Shown: positions 10,205-20,580 of the stretch, piece by piece
How positions within the stretch are numbered: the first letter of the stretch is position 1
How the letters are laid out: each line of letters begins with the position of its first letter
Origin: Candidatus Latescibacterota bacterium
Lineage (GTDB): Bacteria; Latescibacterota; UBA2968
Direction: 5' to 3'
Assembly (NCBI GenBank): GCA_965207885.1
Contig: OZ242311.1
Span: 5,984,001 to 6,048,000, forward strand
Length of the DNA: 64,000 bases
Notes under the pieces: model-generated
Databases searched by the model: none
The model's input: the letters and a program-made list of their open reading frames with translations, nothing else
What the model was told of the DNA's origin: nothing
Made by a program: the position numbers and the translations under genes

Positions 10205-11679
10205 GGCGTTACCCCTATCAATAATCCGGCGGCGCGTTGTGCCACGTTGACGGTTAAGTCCGTTTGAATACCAAAATACAATGTCGCTCCTGTCAAAATC
10301 CACATGGAGATCTGCATCATTAACGGCGCTTCCTTTATATTGGAATCATCATCGGCTTTCTGAAAATAGGCCACTTCAACGACGCGCCACACATATACTA
10401 CGGCGAGTAGAGAGCTGAGCAGGGCCAGCAGTGCTACGGGCCACCATCCGGCTTCCAGCGCGGCCAGGATCAAATACCATTTGCTGACAAAGCCCACTGT
10501 TAACGGCACGCCGATCAAGCTCAGACCCGCCAGTACAAAAGCCGCCATTGTTACGGGCATGCGTCGCCCCAGGCCTTTCCAATCGGTGAGGTCAGATGAG
10601 CCGAGGCGCAATACCGCGCAGCCTACGGCCAAAAATAGGGCGGCTTTCATCAGGGCGTGGTTAAACAGGTGAACAATCCCGCCGGTCAATCCGGTTATGG
10701 AAACAAAGCCGATGCCCAGCATCATGTACCCGATTTGCGCCACGCTGGAATAGGCCAATAATCGCTTTATATTGGTCTGGTAAATAGCGGATAGGGATGC
10801 CACGTAAATCCCGATGAGGGATAGGGGGATCAAAAAGATGTCGAGGTTGAGTTTTTCAAATACAAACTCGGCACCCCATACGGTAAATGTGAATCTCAGA
10901 AATACGTAGATGGATACTTTTGTCGCTGTTGCAGCCAGGAAAGCCGTGACTAAAGAGGGCGCGTAACAATAGGCATTGGGCAACCACATATGCATGGGGA
11001 ACATCGCCAGTTTGATCAACATGCCCACGGTTAAGAAGGCGAATGCGACCATTGCGGTGCGGGTTTCGAACATGGCGGGCAAGCGCTGGGATAGATCAAA
11101 CATATTCAGGGTGCCGGTCATCATGTACATCAGTCCGATGCCGATGACAATAAATGTGGCTCCCAATGTGCCCATGAGCAGATATTGATAGGATGCTGTC
11201 AATGCGCGCCGATCGCGTCCCATGGCGATGAGGGTATAGGACGATAGCGATGATATTTCCAAAAATACAAAGACGTTAAACGCATCGCCCGTGATTGTAA
11301 TGCCCATCAGTCCGGTGAGGCAGAGCAAATAAGCTGTGTAAAATAAATAATGCTGCTTACCGGCGACTTCATCTACCACGCTCGGCAGTGCAAAAAACGT
11401 CAGCACGGCGGCGATGGTCGAAACCAGCAGCAGCACATAAGCGTTGATCGTATCGACGCGGTATTCAATGCCCCAGGGGGCAATCCATCCGCCTATTGCA
11501 TACGAGATCACGCCTTCTTCGAGCACGCGGATGAGCAGCATAGATGCTATGCCCAGAGAGGCCAAACACACGAGAGATGCAAAAGCCCACACCAGCGTTT
11601 TTTGCCGCAATAACACACATAAGGGGGCCGATACAAGGGGTACAACGATCAACAATATGGGCAGATGCATATCAATCAT
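10201..11679 (-). CDS. mrpD: Mrp antiporter subunit D family
   Basis: FVFLEI, FPMHMWLPNAY, LLAYSSVAQIGY, NHALMKAALF. Confidence 0.9.
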   Translation of the reverse strand: MIDMHLPILLIVVPLVSAPLCVLLRQKTLVWAFASLVCLASLGIASMLLIRVLEEGVISYAIGGWIAPWGIEYRVDTINAYVLLLVSTIAAVLTFFALPSVVDEVAGKQHYLFYTAYLLCLTGLMGITITGDAFNVFVFLEISSLSSYTLIAMGRDRRALTASYQYLLMGTLGATFIVIGIGLMYMMTGTLNMFDLSQRLPAMFETRTAMVAFAFLTVGMLIKLAMFPMHMWLPNAYCYAPSLVTAFLAATATKVSIYVFLRFTFTVWGAEFVFEKLNLDIFLIPLSLIGIYVASLSAIYQTNIKRLLAYSSVAQIGYMMLGIGFVSITGLTGGIVHLFNHALMKAALFLAVGCAVLRLGSSDLTDWKGLGRRMPVTMAAFVLAGLSLIGVPLTVGFVSKWYLILAALEAGWWPVALLALLSSLLAVVYVWRVVEVAYFQKADDDSNIKEAPLMMQISMWILTGATLYFGIQTDLTVNVAQRAAGLLIGVTP

Positions 11680-12028
11680 TCACGCGGTCCTGTTCTATGA
11701 TTTCATCTTCCTCAATTGTATCATAAGCTTCTCCAATTCGCACGACGAGTGCCAAACCCAGGGAGAGCGTTGCGATGCCCACGACAATTGCCGTCAGGAT
11801 GAGTACATGGGGCAATGGGTTGGAATACACCTCAATACCTTCTTCCAAAATTGGCGCAGTACCACCGCTGACCTTTCCCACGGTGATATAGAGCAAGAAA
11901 ACCGAAACCTGAAAGATACTCAGACCAATCAATTTTTTGATGAGATTGGGACGCGCAATTGCTGTGTACAATCCAATCATCATCAAGACCATACAGGCCC
12001 AGTAGTTGAATAATCCAACGGAGATCAT
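11672..12028 (-). CDS. mrpC: Mrp antiporter subunit C
   Basis: NPLPHVLILTAIVVG. Confidence 0.92.
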   Translation of the reverse strand: MISVGLFNYWACMVLMMIGLYTAIARPNLIKKLIGLSIFQVSVFLLYITVGKVSGGTAPILEEGIEVYSNPLPHVLILTAIVVGIATLSLGLALVVRIGEAYDTIEEDEIIEQDRVND

Positions 12029-12450
12029 CGCAATCGCCTCCGGCCTGCAAAAGAAAAAAAGATGGCTATCATCACTGCGGCCACGGTAATACCCACGCCG
12101 AGTTCGACCAGAAAGATGCCCAGATGTTGTCCGTGCGATGCATGTTCCGGATCCAGAGCAGTGTAATTCAGGAAATTGTAACCGAGAAATAGGGAGACCA
12201 CTCCCGTGCCCGCATAGAGCAAGACGCCGAGTGAGACGAGCGTTTCAATGATGCGGGGTTTTACAATTCTTTTTGCGGCTTGCAGGCCAAAAATCAGCGT
12301 GTAGAGGACTACTGCTGCGGCAAAAATCACACCGGCTTGAAATCCTCCTCCGGGTCCGAAGTCGCCGTGAAATTGCACGTAGAGCGCGAATAACAGTATC
12401 GGAGGAATGAACCACTTGCCCACTACGCGGGGAATACTCTGATGTCTCAC
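12025..12450 (-). CDS. mrpB: Mrp antiporter subunit B
   Basis: HG..GPGGGFQAG, ELGVG. Confidence 0.92.
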   Translation of the reverse strand: MRHQSIPRVVGKWFIPPILLFALYVQFHGDFGPGGGFQAGVIFAAAVVLYTLIFGLQAAKRIVKPRIIETLVSLGVLLYAGTGVVSLFLGYNFLNYTALDPEHASHGQHLGIFLVELGVGITVAAVMIAIFFSFAGRRRLR

Positions 12451-12986
12451 TGCTTGTCCTCCTTGCGCCTGATATGTCCCAGGAGCAATATTACGCCGAT
12501 ACCGGCTGTAAAAATCACGGCTACTTCACCCAGTGTATCGTATCCCCGGTAGCTCGCCAATACCGATGTTACAATATTGGGGATTCCCATTTCTTTTCCC
12601 GATTTTTCAATATAGCGATCGGCAACGTGCTGGTGAACGGGCGCATTGGGGTCGCCGAACATCGGCATGTCCAGTGTGCCGTAAATAAGCGCGCTGCCCG
12701 TAATGAGCACGACGAGCAGTGCCAATGCGTTATTTTTTTTGATAATTTTTTCTTCGCGCGTGGTCAATGATAGGGTGCCCAGCAAGAGCACGGTTGATAC
12801 GCCTGCTCCGACAGCCGCTTCGGTAAATGCGACATCGACGGCGTCGAGCAATGTAAATACGATAGCCGCGAGGAAGCTGAATATGCCCAGCATCACTGCG
12901 GCCATAAACAAATTGTGCATTCGGGAAACCGCAATCGCGAGTACTATCATAAAAGACAGCAGGGCGATGTCCAGAATTTCAGTCAT
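12447..12986 (-). CDS. Mrp DUF4040/MrpB-related subunit
   Basis: AVDVAFTEAAVGAG, NIVTSVLASYRGYDTLGE. Confidence 0.88.
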   Translation of the reverse strand: MTEILDIALLSFMIVLAIAVSRMHNLFMAAVMLGIFSFLAAIVFTLLDAVDVAFTEAAVGAGVSTVLLLGTLSLTTREEKIIKKNNALALLVVLITGSALIYGTLDMPMFGDPNAPVHQHVADRYIEKSGKEMGIPNIVTSVLASYRGYDTLGEVAVIFTAGIGVILLLGHIRRKEDKQ

Positions 12987-13311
12987 GCTCATTTTTCCCT
13001 TTGTTGTCGGGGTCGTCAACAAATGGCTTGAGGCCCGACGTCAATGCCGCTTTGCCCACTGCGTGGGTCGATGTGGGACTGGTGATAAGTAATATCACCA
13101 GAATCATCACCAGTTTTACTGTGACCGTTGTCAGGCCGCCCTGAAACATCAATCCTATGAGAACGAGGCCCGCCCCCAGTGTGTCGGTAATGCCACCGCC
13201 GTGCATGCGGCTGTAAAAATCGGGCAAGCGCAACAGCCCCAGGCCGCCTATCATACACAGAATACATCCCGGGATGAGGCAAATCCAGCTCAATATATCG
13301 AGAATCGTCAT
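12979..13311 (-). CDS. mrpG: Mrp antiporter subunit G
   Basis: GLLRLPDFYSRMH, TSPTSTHA. Confidence 0.92.
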   Translation of the reverse strand: MTILDILSWICLIPGCILCMIGGLGLLRLPDFYSRMHGGGITDTLGAGLVLIGLMFQGGLTTVTVKLVMILVILLITSPTSTHAVGKAALTSGLKPFVDDPDNKGKNEHD

Positions 13312-13364
13312 GGTTTTTGGGTCCTGTTTAGCGGTCAGCAAATCAGGTGCTGTATCTGAAAGCC

Positions 13365-13424
13365 GTCATTGCGGCATGGTCCCCGTATAAAGGCACTACG
13401 GGGCATGCTTGAGCCGCAATCCAG
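13365..13424 (+). repeat. GTCAT-ATCCAG palindromic repeat, copy 2, extended loop, between mrpF and mrpG
   Basis: GTCATTGCGGC...CCCCGTA..TACGGGG...GCCGCAATCCAG. Confidence 0.65.
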
Positions 13425-13438
13425 TGGTTTTTCCTTTT

Positions 13439-13708
13439 TTATTTTTCCGGATCGGCACCCAGATCATTATAGGTCACAAATTTTAGAACGGCCAATGTAC
13501 CGATAAAGTTGATCAATACATAAATAAGGGCGAGGTCCAGAAAATCGGGTCGGTCAGTTAAAAATCCGAGTACGGCAATGAATAATACGGTTTTGGTGCC
13601 AAACATATTTACCGATAGGATGCGATCGTACACAGTCGGCCCCAATAGGGCGCGGCAAAGTGCCAGTGCCATGGTGACCAATATGCCGATCATTGCCGCA
13701 ATAAACAT
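13439..13708 (-). CDS. mrpF: Mrp antiporter subunit F
   Basis: GPTVYDR, DLALIYVLINF. Confidence 0.92.
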   Translation of the reverse strand: MFIAAMIGILVTMALALCRALLGPTVYDRILSVNMFGTKTVLFIAVLGFLTDRPDFLDLALIYVLINFIGTLAVLKFVTYNDLGADPEK

Positions 13709-13709
13709 C

Positions 13710-14189
13710 TCATTGCTCCAGTGCCGTCGTCACGCGGCGGTCCATATCGCCGCTCTGTACATCGTCAGCGGCTTCTTTTGTCAGGGCATGTACCACAATA
13801 TCTTCTTCGTCCAGGTCGAGTGATACAGTGCCGGGGGTCAGGGTTATTGAATTGGCAAAAATGACGCGACATAGATTGGTTTTTTGCGTTCCCGTTACGC
13901 GCACTATGCGCGGGGCAATGGGCAATCTGGGATTCAAAATGCGTTTTGCCACGTCGATATTCGCTTTGATAATGGCCCAGGCCAGCCAGGGAATATACAC
14001 AACTATGTGTCGGGCCAGATTAATCTGGATCCCTTCTTCATCTACAATATCCAGACGTCCCGCCAGATAAACGACAAAAGCGCAGGACAATATACCCATG
14101 GTGAGGACGAGTGTGTGATAAAATGAGTAATGTCCGGACAAGAGTAGCCAGAGGGCAAATGACAAAACGAAAAAAAAGATGTATCGCAT
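13710..14189 (-). CDS. mrpE: Mrp antiporter subunit E
   Basis: ANSITLTPGT; start at MRYIFF behind a GAGG RBS. Confidence 0.92.
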   Translation of the reverse strand: MRYIFFFVLSFALWLLLSGHYSFYHTLVLTMGILSCAFVVYLAGRLDIVDEEGIQINLARHIVVYIPWLAWAIIKANIDVAKRILNPRLPIAPRIVRVTGTQKTNLCRVIFANSITLTPGTVSLDLDEEDIVVHALTKEAADDVQSGDMDRRVTTALEQ

Positions 14190-14422
14190 ATAAACCTCGG
14201 ATGAAAAGCGGTGAGATGTAAGACGTAAGAGGAGAGTACACCGCCCAGCCCCACAGGTGGAACGCAATCGGGAAAGGCACAAAAAACCCATTCGTTCGCT
14301 CGAATGGGGGATGTGCAAACTATTCTATTTAATATTTTTTAACGCAAAAAATCAAGCGAAATATCGCGTTACGTCTTATTTTAAGATACTGCAATCCCAG
14401 ATTTAACAGAAAGGTACAGTCT

Positions 14423-14722
14423 GTGTCAACTATTTTGATCGCATATCTGTTTACAGCACTCGTTTTTGGATTTTTTCTCTATTATTTTGTTTGGCGAAAT
14501 CGCTATGTGACGCAGATTCGCCTATCTGTTTACAAAGTTGAAGGGCGGGTTGTGAGTATTGAGCGCGTGGTGAGGGATATTCAGGTGAATGAACATCAGG
14601 ATCTGCTGGCATTAAAACGCATTGAGTGGAAGGTTATTTACAAAGACCGGGATGACAATCTCTGCGAGACCCGTTGCCGCGTTGAAGGAGGACAACTCGA
14701 CTGGTATCCTCCATTGAGCTGA
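14423..14722 (+). CDS. Hypothetical protein with N-terminal TM helix
   Basis: AAGG RBS, hydrophobic N-terminus. Confidence 0.6.
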   Translation: MSTILIAYLFTALVFGFFLYYFVWRNRYVTQIRLSVYKVEGRVVSIERVVRDIQVNEHQDLLALKRIEWKVIYKDRDDNLCETRCRVEGGQLDWYPPLS

Positions 14723-14725
14723 TTA

Positions 14726-14950
14726 TCACACCTTTTCCGCGATGGAGACGGTGTTCTGATCTTTTTCCGCTTTTTTGCGCCGTGGGCATGTAAAGCACGC
14801 GGAGTCTTCGTCCAAATCCTGTTCAGAGGTTTCCAGGACATCGCCACAACAACTCTGCTGCTTTTTTTTGTACTGCGCAAATGTCAACGCACCTGCCATA
14901 AACGCAAATGCTATGATGAGAAAGATCGTCGCTGTCAATATGGTTTCCAT
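14726..14950 (-). CDS. nqrM: NqrM-like Na+-NQR maturation protein
   Basis: Single TM followed by SCCG and CFTC cysteines; downstream of nqrF-apbE on the same strand. Confidence 0.6.
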   Translation of the reverse strand: METILTATIFLIIAFAFMAGALTFAQYKKKQQSCCGDVLETSEQDLDEDSACFTCPRRKKAEKDQNTVSIAEKV

Positions 14951-14976
14951 GTTGTTGTCCCTAATGGAAATTGCGC

Positions 14977-15005
14977 TTGAAAGCGGAAGGTGGGATGGCT
15001 ATACT
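14977..15005 (+). promoter_or_regulatory. Sigma70-type promoter of the DUF433 TA operon
   Basis: TTGAAA-17bp-TATACT. Confidence 0.6.
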
Positions 15006-15013
15006 TATCTGAT

Positions 15014-15300
15014 AGTCCGTAAAACCCACAGCCTTCAGGCGTGGGATAATAAGGGCATAAATTTGTAGCTTTAGCGTATAGACACATTGACATACCACCC
15101 TTGTGTGAGTATCATACCATCAGGTATGGCGTTCTACACGAAACATCCCCCCTGTGTAGGTAAAACCTGAAGGTCAGCCCTATTTGGCTGCTTTTACCCA
15201 GTGAACAAGCTACACAGAATTGCCCATGGGTCCAGGACGATGTACCCAGGCGGGGTCAATCGCCAAGAAGCCCAACACGTTCACGGTTGGGAGTCGTCAC
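15014..15300 (+). mobile_element. Non-autonomous IS200/IS605-family mini-element with no tnpA or tnpB
   Basis: Left hairpin AAAACCCACAGCCTTCAGGCGTGGG after (C)TGAT; right end AGAAGCCCAACACGTTCACGGTTGGGAGTCGTCAC; internal TTGACA-17-TATCAT. Confidence 0.7.
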
Positions 15301-15338
15301 GTGTGTTCTACGCTAAAAGCATTAGAAAGGAATGAAAA

Positions 15339-15569
15339 ATGAAATTTCAACGTATCACTATTTCTGCCGACCAAATGGGGGGATTGCCCTGTATAAGGGG
15401 TCTCCGTATCCCCGTTTCTGTCATTGTTGATCTCGTCGCTGCAAACACATCTGATGAGGAAATTTTGAGGCTCTATCCCGATCTTGAACCCGAAGACATA
15501 CGCGAAGCACTCGCCTATGCAGCGGTCGCAGTGCGTGAACGAGAACTTCCTCTTCAGATGACACCATGA
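15339..15569 (+). CDS. DUF433 family antitoxin
   Basis: [14 protein letters not shown]...[17 protein letters not shown]. Confidence 0.9.
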   Translation: MKFQRITISADQMGGLPCIRGLRIPVSVIVDLVAANTSDEEILRLYPDLEPEDIREALAYAAVAVRERELPLQMTP

Positions 15570-15934
15570 GATTTCTGGTTGATAATGCGCTTTCGCCATT
15601 GCTGGCTCAAAGGCTCGTTGAAGAGGGATACGATACTGTACACATTCGCGAATATAACATGCAATCTGCATCCGATGAAGATATTTTTCGACTTGCTCAA
15701 AGAGAGGATAGGATCATCATTTCGGCTGACACTGACTTTGGCACATTACTCGCATTGAGAACTGCTATCAAACCATCTGTAATCCTTTTTCGAAGAGGTA
15801 CAGAGAGGCATCCAGAGCAACAATTTAAACTTTTACAGGCCAATCTACCGACTATTTCCAATGATCTTCAAGATGGTAGCATTGTTGTTTTTACTCAAAA
15901 TAGCATACGGATCAGGCCTCTTCCCATTGTATAA
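15566..15934 (+). CDS. DUF5615 PIN-like toxin
   Basis: [24 protein letters not shown]; ATGA overlap with DUF433. Confidence 0.9.
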   Translation: MRFLVDNALSPLLAQRLVEEGYDTVHIREYNMQSASDEDIFRLAQREDRIIISADTDFGTLLALRTAIKPSVILFRRGTERHPEQQFKLLQANLPTISNDLQDGSIVVFTQNSIRIRPLPIV

Positions 15935-15956
15935 AAAACAAACGTCTTCTCTCCTC

Positions 15957-16961
15957 TTACTTCTCCCCTCTTATCATTTTCTCAAAACTTTCCGTCATTT
16001 TTTCTACGAATCCATCTCCATGTCTTACAATCATAAATACGGCGAGGTTGTGTTTTTCTGCAAATGCAAATCCCTTTTTCGGTCCCATTACGTTGATTGC
16101 CGTGGCCAATCCATCGGCGTAGGCGCAGCTTTTGTGTAGTACTGTTACGGAGGCCAGGGCATGCGTTATTGGCCGCCCTGTGCGCGGGTCAATGGTGTGG
16201 GAATACCGTATGCCGTCGCGTTCAAAATAATTGTGGTAATCACCCGATGTCGCCATGGATATGTTGTCCAGGGCGAGTGCTTTTTGTAGTTCACCCTGTC
16301 CGGCTGGACTCGCGATGCCAATTCGCCAGAGTTGTCTCAGGTGATTGTGTCCCTTTGTCCGCAGTTCGCCGCCGATTTCGATAAAATAGTGATTGATGCC
16401 CAAACTGTCCAGATAACTCGCTATGCGATCTACACCAAATCCCTTGGCTATTGCGGATAAGTCGCAATAGATTTCAGGGATTTCTTTTTTTATGGTAGGA
16501 GCAGATAGATCGACGCGAATTTTTTCGTAGCCGACCAGCGCTCTGTGAGCGTTAATTGAGTCGGGCGATGGTACGCGCTCGGGGATGGCGTTGGGTCCAA
16601 AACCCCACAGGTTGACCAGCGGCCCAATGGTGACGTCAAACGCGCCATCAGACCAGGTGCTGATTTCTCGGGCGATGTGTAAAACATAAGCAAAGTCCGA
16701 TGAGACTGCAAACCAGTCTGTTGAAGGCGAGCGATTGAATTGGGTGATTTCGGAGTTGTCCCGATAAGTGGACATCTGGCGATTGACTTCTTCTAATCGA
16801 GCGAAAATTTCTTTGCTCAATACCTTCACGTCCAGAGTTATCTCACTTTGGACGATCTTGACCTGAAATGTCGTTCCCATCGTAGGACCGGAAATTGTCA
16901 CCAGCTGATCCTGACATCCGATTAACAGGATTGGAAATATCCATCGCCAAATTCTGTTCAT
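15957..16961 (-). CDS. apbE: FAD:protein FMN transferase (lipoprotein)
   Basis: LLIGC lipobox, TMGT, DLSAIAKGFGVD, ATSGDY, HTIDPRTG. Confidence 0.95.
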   Translation of the reverse strand: MNRIWRWIFPILLIGCQDQLVTISGPTMGTTFQVKIVQSEITLDVKVLSKEIFARLEEVNRQMSTYRDNSEITQFNRSPSTDWFAVSSDFAYVLHIAREISTWSDGAFDVTIGPLVNLWGFGPNAIPERVPSPDSINAHRALVGYEKIRVDLSAPTIKKEIPEIYCDLSAIAKGFGVDRIASYLDSLGINHYFIEIGGELRTKGHNHLRQLWRIGIASPAGQGELQKALALDNISMATSGDYHNYFERDGIRYSHTIDPRTGRPITHALASVTVLHKSCAYADGLATAINVMGPKKGFAFAEKHNLAVFMIVRHGDGFVEKMTESFEKMIRGEK

Positions 16962-17465
16962 TTTCCTTCATATGCCCCGAATGTCGTGTTGAAAGCTGTG
17001 TCTCTCTATCTCAGGTATTAGCAGGTCTGAATGGGAATTGGGAATTATATTACGCACACTATACCCATCGCTTCACTTCAAAATACAATTTAAAATTTGA
17101 TCGCACTGTAAATATAAATAATTTCAATGGTTTATACAAGTATTATTAAACTTGTTTGACACGGCGTTTTGATCTCTTTATATTCTCCAAAACAGCGAAT
17201 AATCCGACAATTCAATGAGGAGGTTGACGATGTTGCCCAAACCCGATTCATAGTTGGGTTGCAATAAAGTATTTGGTGGAGATTTTTCGGCATACAGCCT
17301 GTGCTTTTAGGCGGGTTTTGACAATTGACACGCACACAAGGAGGAGGGCCATGCCACCAACGAATTTATGCGGCTCCGATGAGAAGTCATACTGTGAATC
17401 ACTTTTGATCGAGGCCGCTTTTTTTTCCCCAAACTCGTGGAACTTTTCCCCAAACTCATGGAGGT

Positions 17466-17915
17466 ATGATCATGACCATTCAAGATATTCTCGACCAAAA
17501 AGGTCGCCGCGTGATTACGATTGGCCCTTATCACACATTGGATGTGGTGCTGGCTACGCTGATTCAAAATAGCGTGGGTGCGCTTGTCGTGCAGAATCGA
17601 ATAGGAGATTTGCTCGGTATTATCACGGAGCGAGATCTGATGCGCGAGGTGTATAATGACGCGGATTTGCAGGCTGTGCGCGTTGAAGATGTGATGACGC
17701 GCGATCTTGTTACAAGCAATCCGGATTCCGATATTGAATATGTGATGGCAGCGATGACAGAGGGACGATTCCGGCACATGCCGATTGTTGACGAGGCGGG
17801 TCGTCTCGCTGGCATTGTGTCGATTGGCGATATTGTTAAGGCCAAGTTGGAATATGTTGAGGAAGAAGTGATGATATACAAGGACTTTGTCACGCTGGAT
17901 TGGCGGGCATCATAA
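17466..17915 (+). CDS. CBS-domain pair protein
   Basis: GIITERD, FRHMPIVD, GIVSIGDIVK. Confidence 0.92.
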   Translation: MIMTIQDILDQKGRRVITIGPYHTLDVVLATLIQNSVGALVVQNRIGDLLGIITERDLMREVYNDADLQAVRVEDVMTRDLVTSNPDSDIEYVMAAMTEGRFRHMPIVDEAGRLAGIVSIGDIVKAKLEYVEEEVMIYKDFVTLDWRAS

Positions 17916-17947
17916 CACAGGAGGTTGATGTGTCTGAAGAACTACCC

Positions 17948-17990
17948 GAAAAAAAAGTCTTCGGTTGCTGGTGAACCGAAGACTTTTTTT
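17948..17990. terminator. Bidirectional intrinsic terminator (CBS / nqrF)
   Basis: A-run AGTCTTCGGTT...AACCGAAGACT T-run. Confidence 0.8.
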
Positions 17991-18009
17991 ATGTACTTTT
18001 TGAACTGGA

Positions 18010-19260
18010 TTATCCGCCAAAGTCGTCGAATAAGATATTCTCGGGTTCCACGCCCATATCGTCCAGCATATCCATGCAGGCCACTAACATCAGTGGGGGA
18101 CCGCAGATATAATATTCACAATCTTCAGGTGCCGGGTGATCTTTTAAGTACTCATCGTAGAGGACCTGGTGAATAAATCCGGTCAGGCCAGTCCAGTTGT
18201 CTTCCGGCATGGGGTCGGATAATGCCACATGCCATGTAAAGTTATCGAAATCGCGCTGCAATCCGTCGAAGTCATCGACATAGAACATTTCATTCAGGCT
18301 GCGCGCGCCATACCAGAAGGTTACTTTGCGGTCTGTCCCAATGCGTTTGAATTGATCGAAGATGTGCGACCGCATGGGCGCCATGCCAGCGCCGCCACCG
18401 ATGAAGATCATTTCGGCATCGGTTTCTTTGGCAAAGAACTCGCCGTAGGGTCCCGAAATGGTCACGTCATCGCCGGGTTTTAGATCAAAAGTCCACGACG
18501 ACATTTTGCCCGGTGGTATGCCCGTTGTGCCCGGAGGGGGAGATGCCACGCGGATGTTGAGCATGATGACCCCTTTTTCTTCGGGATAATTCGCCATTGA
18601 GTACGCGCGGAAGACGGGTTCATCTACTACCGAGACATTGTCCCATACATTGAAATGATCCCAGGTACTTTTAAAGCGGTCTTCCCCGTCGGCGGCTTTG
18701 ATGTCGAAGTCGCGGTAGTCAACGGTGTGGGGTGGACATTCGATTTGAATAAAACCACCGGCTCGGAACCCGACGTCTTCCCCTGGCGGCAGTTCGAGGA
18801 CGAGTTCTTTGATGAATGTGGCGACATTGTAATTTGAGAGCACTTTGCAGTCCCACTTTTTGATGCTAAATACTTCGGCGGGTACTTCGATATCCATATC
18901 GCCTTTCACTGTTACCTGGCACGAAAGCCGACACCCTTCCCGCGCTTCTTTGCGGTTGATGTGCGATCGTTCGGTGGCTAAGATATCGCCGCCGCCTTCG
19001 CTGATCGTCACTTTGCACTGTCCACAGGTGCCGCCTCCGCCGCATGCGGAGGATACAAAAATTTTATTGTCGGCCAATGTGTTGAGCAATTTGCCGCCCA
19101 TGGGAACCGAAATGCTGTGGTCGGGATCGTCGTTGATGGTGATGTGAGCCTGTCCCGAGGCAACCAATCGCGATCTGGCAATGAGTATAACCGCTACCAG
19201 CATCAGTACAATGGTGGTAAACATCCCTACACTGAGTAAAATTAGCCTTACGTCTTCCAT
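18010..19260 (-). CDS. nqrF: Na+-translocating NADH:quinone reductase subunit F
   Basis: [12 protein letters not shown] 2Fe-2S motif, [27 protein letters not shown]. Confidence 0.97.
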   Translation of the reverse strand: MEDVRLILLSVGMFTTIVLMLVAVILIARSRLVASGQAHITINDDPDHSISVPMGGKLLNTLADNKIFVSSACGGGGTCGQCKVTISEGGGDILATERSHINRKEAREGCRLSCQVTVKGDMDIEVPAEVFSIKKWDCKVLSNYNVATFIKELVLELPPGEDVGFRAGGFIQIECPPHTVDYRDFDIKAADGEDRFKSTWDHFNVWDNVSVVDEPVFRAYSMANYPEEKGVIMLNIRVASPPPGTTGIPPGKMSSWTFDLKPGDDVTISGPYGEFFAKETDAEMIFIGGGAGMAPMRSHIFDQFKRIGTDRKVTFWYGARSLNEMFYVDDFDGLQRDFDNFTWHVALSDPMPEDNWTGLTGFIHQVLYDEYLKDHPAPEDCEYYICGPPLMLVACMDMLDDMGVEPENILFDDFGG

Positions 19261-19283
19261 ATTATCTCCACGCTTGCCTGGAT

Positions 19284-19895
19284 CTAAAGTTGAATCCCCG
19301 AAAAGAGCATAAATGCCATTGCCATCAATCCTACGGTCATAAATGTAATGCCCAGCCCACGCAATGCAGGTGGGACATTGCTGTATTTCATTTTTTCGCG
19401 TATGCCCGCCAGTCCGACTATGGCGAGCGCCCAGCCCGTGCCACTGCCCAGTCCAAAGACGACGCTTTCTGAAAAGTTAAAGTCGCGCTCGACCATGAGT
19501 AGCGAACCGCCCAGGATGGCACAGTTCACTGTGATGAGCGGCAAGAATATGCCCAGGGCGTTGTACAGGGTGGGTACGTATTTGTCCAGTACCATTTCCA
19601 GAATTTGAATCATCGCGGCGATGACGCCGATATATGTGACCAGGCCCAAAAATGTGAGATCCACATTTGGCAAACCCGCCCAGGCGAGCGCGCCTTCGGT
19701 CAGGACATGGGTAAAAATGAGGTTGTTGATCGGCACTGTAATCGTCTGCACCACGATCACCGCAATGCCCAGTCCGACAGCGGTTGCCACCTGTTTGGAG
19801 ACGGCGAGATATGTACACATGCCCAGGAAGAAAGCGAGGGCCATATTTTCGACAAAAACGGCTTTGACAAATAAGCTGATATAGTGTTCGGCCAT
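19284..19895 (-). CDS. nqrE: Na+-NQR subunit E
   Basis: [22 protein letters not shown]. Confidence 0.95.
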   Translation of the reverse strand: MAEHYISLFVKAVFVENMALAFFLGMCTYLAVSKQVATAVGLGIAVIVVQTITVPINNLIFTHVLTEGALAWAGLPNVDLTFLGLVTYIGVIAAMIQILEMVLDKYVPTLYNALGIFLPLITVNCAILGGSLLMVERDFNFSESVVFGLGSGTGWALAIVGLAGIREKMKYSNVPPALRGLGITFMTVGLMAMAFMLFSGIQL

Positions 19896-19896
19896 T

Positions 19897-20580
19897 TTAA
19901 TCCTCTTCCACTTGCTCGGGTTTCCACGCTCGCACAACCCAGATGAAGAACCCGATTAAGAAAAACGCACTCGGCGATAATAACATCAAGCCGTTGGGCA
20001 TGTACCAGCCGCCTTCGGTGACGAGTGGCAAAACGTCAACGCCCAGAAGTTTACCCGATCCCAACAGTTCGCGGAAAAAACCCACCACAATTAAGATGGT
20101 GCTGTAACCAAATCCATTTCCCAGGCCATCTAATAAGCTGTGCGTGGGGGGATTTTTCATTGCAAATCCTTCGGCACGTCCCATGATGATGCAGTTGGTA
20201 ATGATCAGGCCGACAAAGATCGACAACTGCTTGGATATATTGTAAGCAAATGCCTGGATAGCTTCGTCGGCGATAATCACAAGCGCGGCAATAATGGTCA
20301 TTTGAACGATGATGCGCACGCTGGATGGAATGTGATTTCTGATCAGGCTTACCGATATATTGGAAAGCGCCATAACAAAAATGACCGCCATAGACATGAC
20401 GATTGAGGTTTCCAGCTTTGTGGTTACCGCGAGTGCCGAACAAACTCCCAATACCTGACGCCCGATGGGGTTGTCATCAAAGACGGGCGTCCATAACAGG
20501 CTTTTGGCTTCTTTCGCCGTCAGAGACGGAGATGGTGGCACTTCTGGCGCTTGTTCTTCCCGTTCGATTACTTCAGCCAC
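19897..20580 (-). CDS. nqrD: Na+-NQR subunit D
   Basis: [29 protein letters not shown]. Confidence 0.95.
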   Translation of the reverse strand: MAEVIEREEQAPEVPPSPSLTAKEAKSLLWTPVFDDNPIGRQVLGVCSALAVTTKLETSIVMSMAVIFVMALSNISVSLIRNHIPSSVRIIVQMTIIAALVIIADEAIQAFAYNISKQLSIFVGLIITNCIIMGRAEGFAMKNPPTHSLLDGLGNGFGYSTILIVVGFFRELLGSGKLLGVDVLPLVTEGGWYMPNGLMLLSPSAFFLIGFFIWVVRAWKPEQVEED

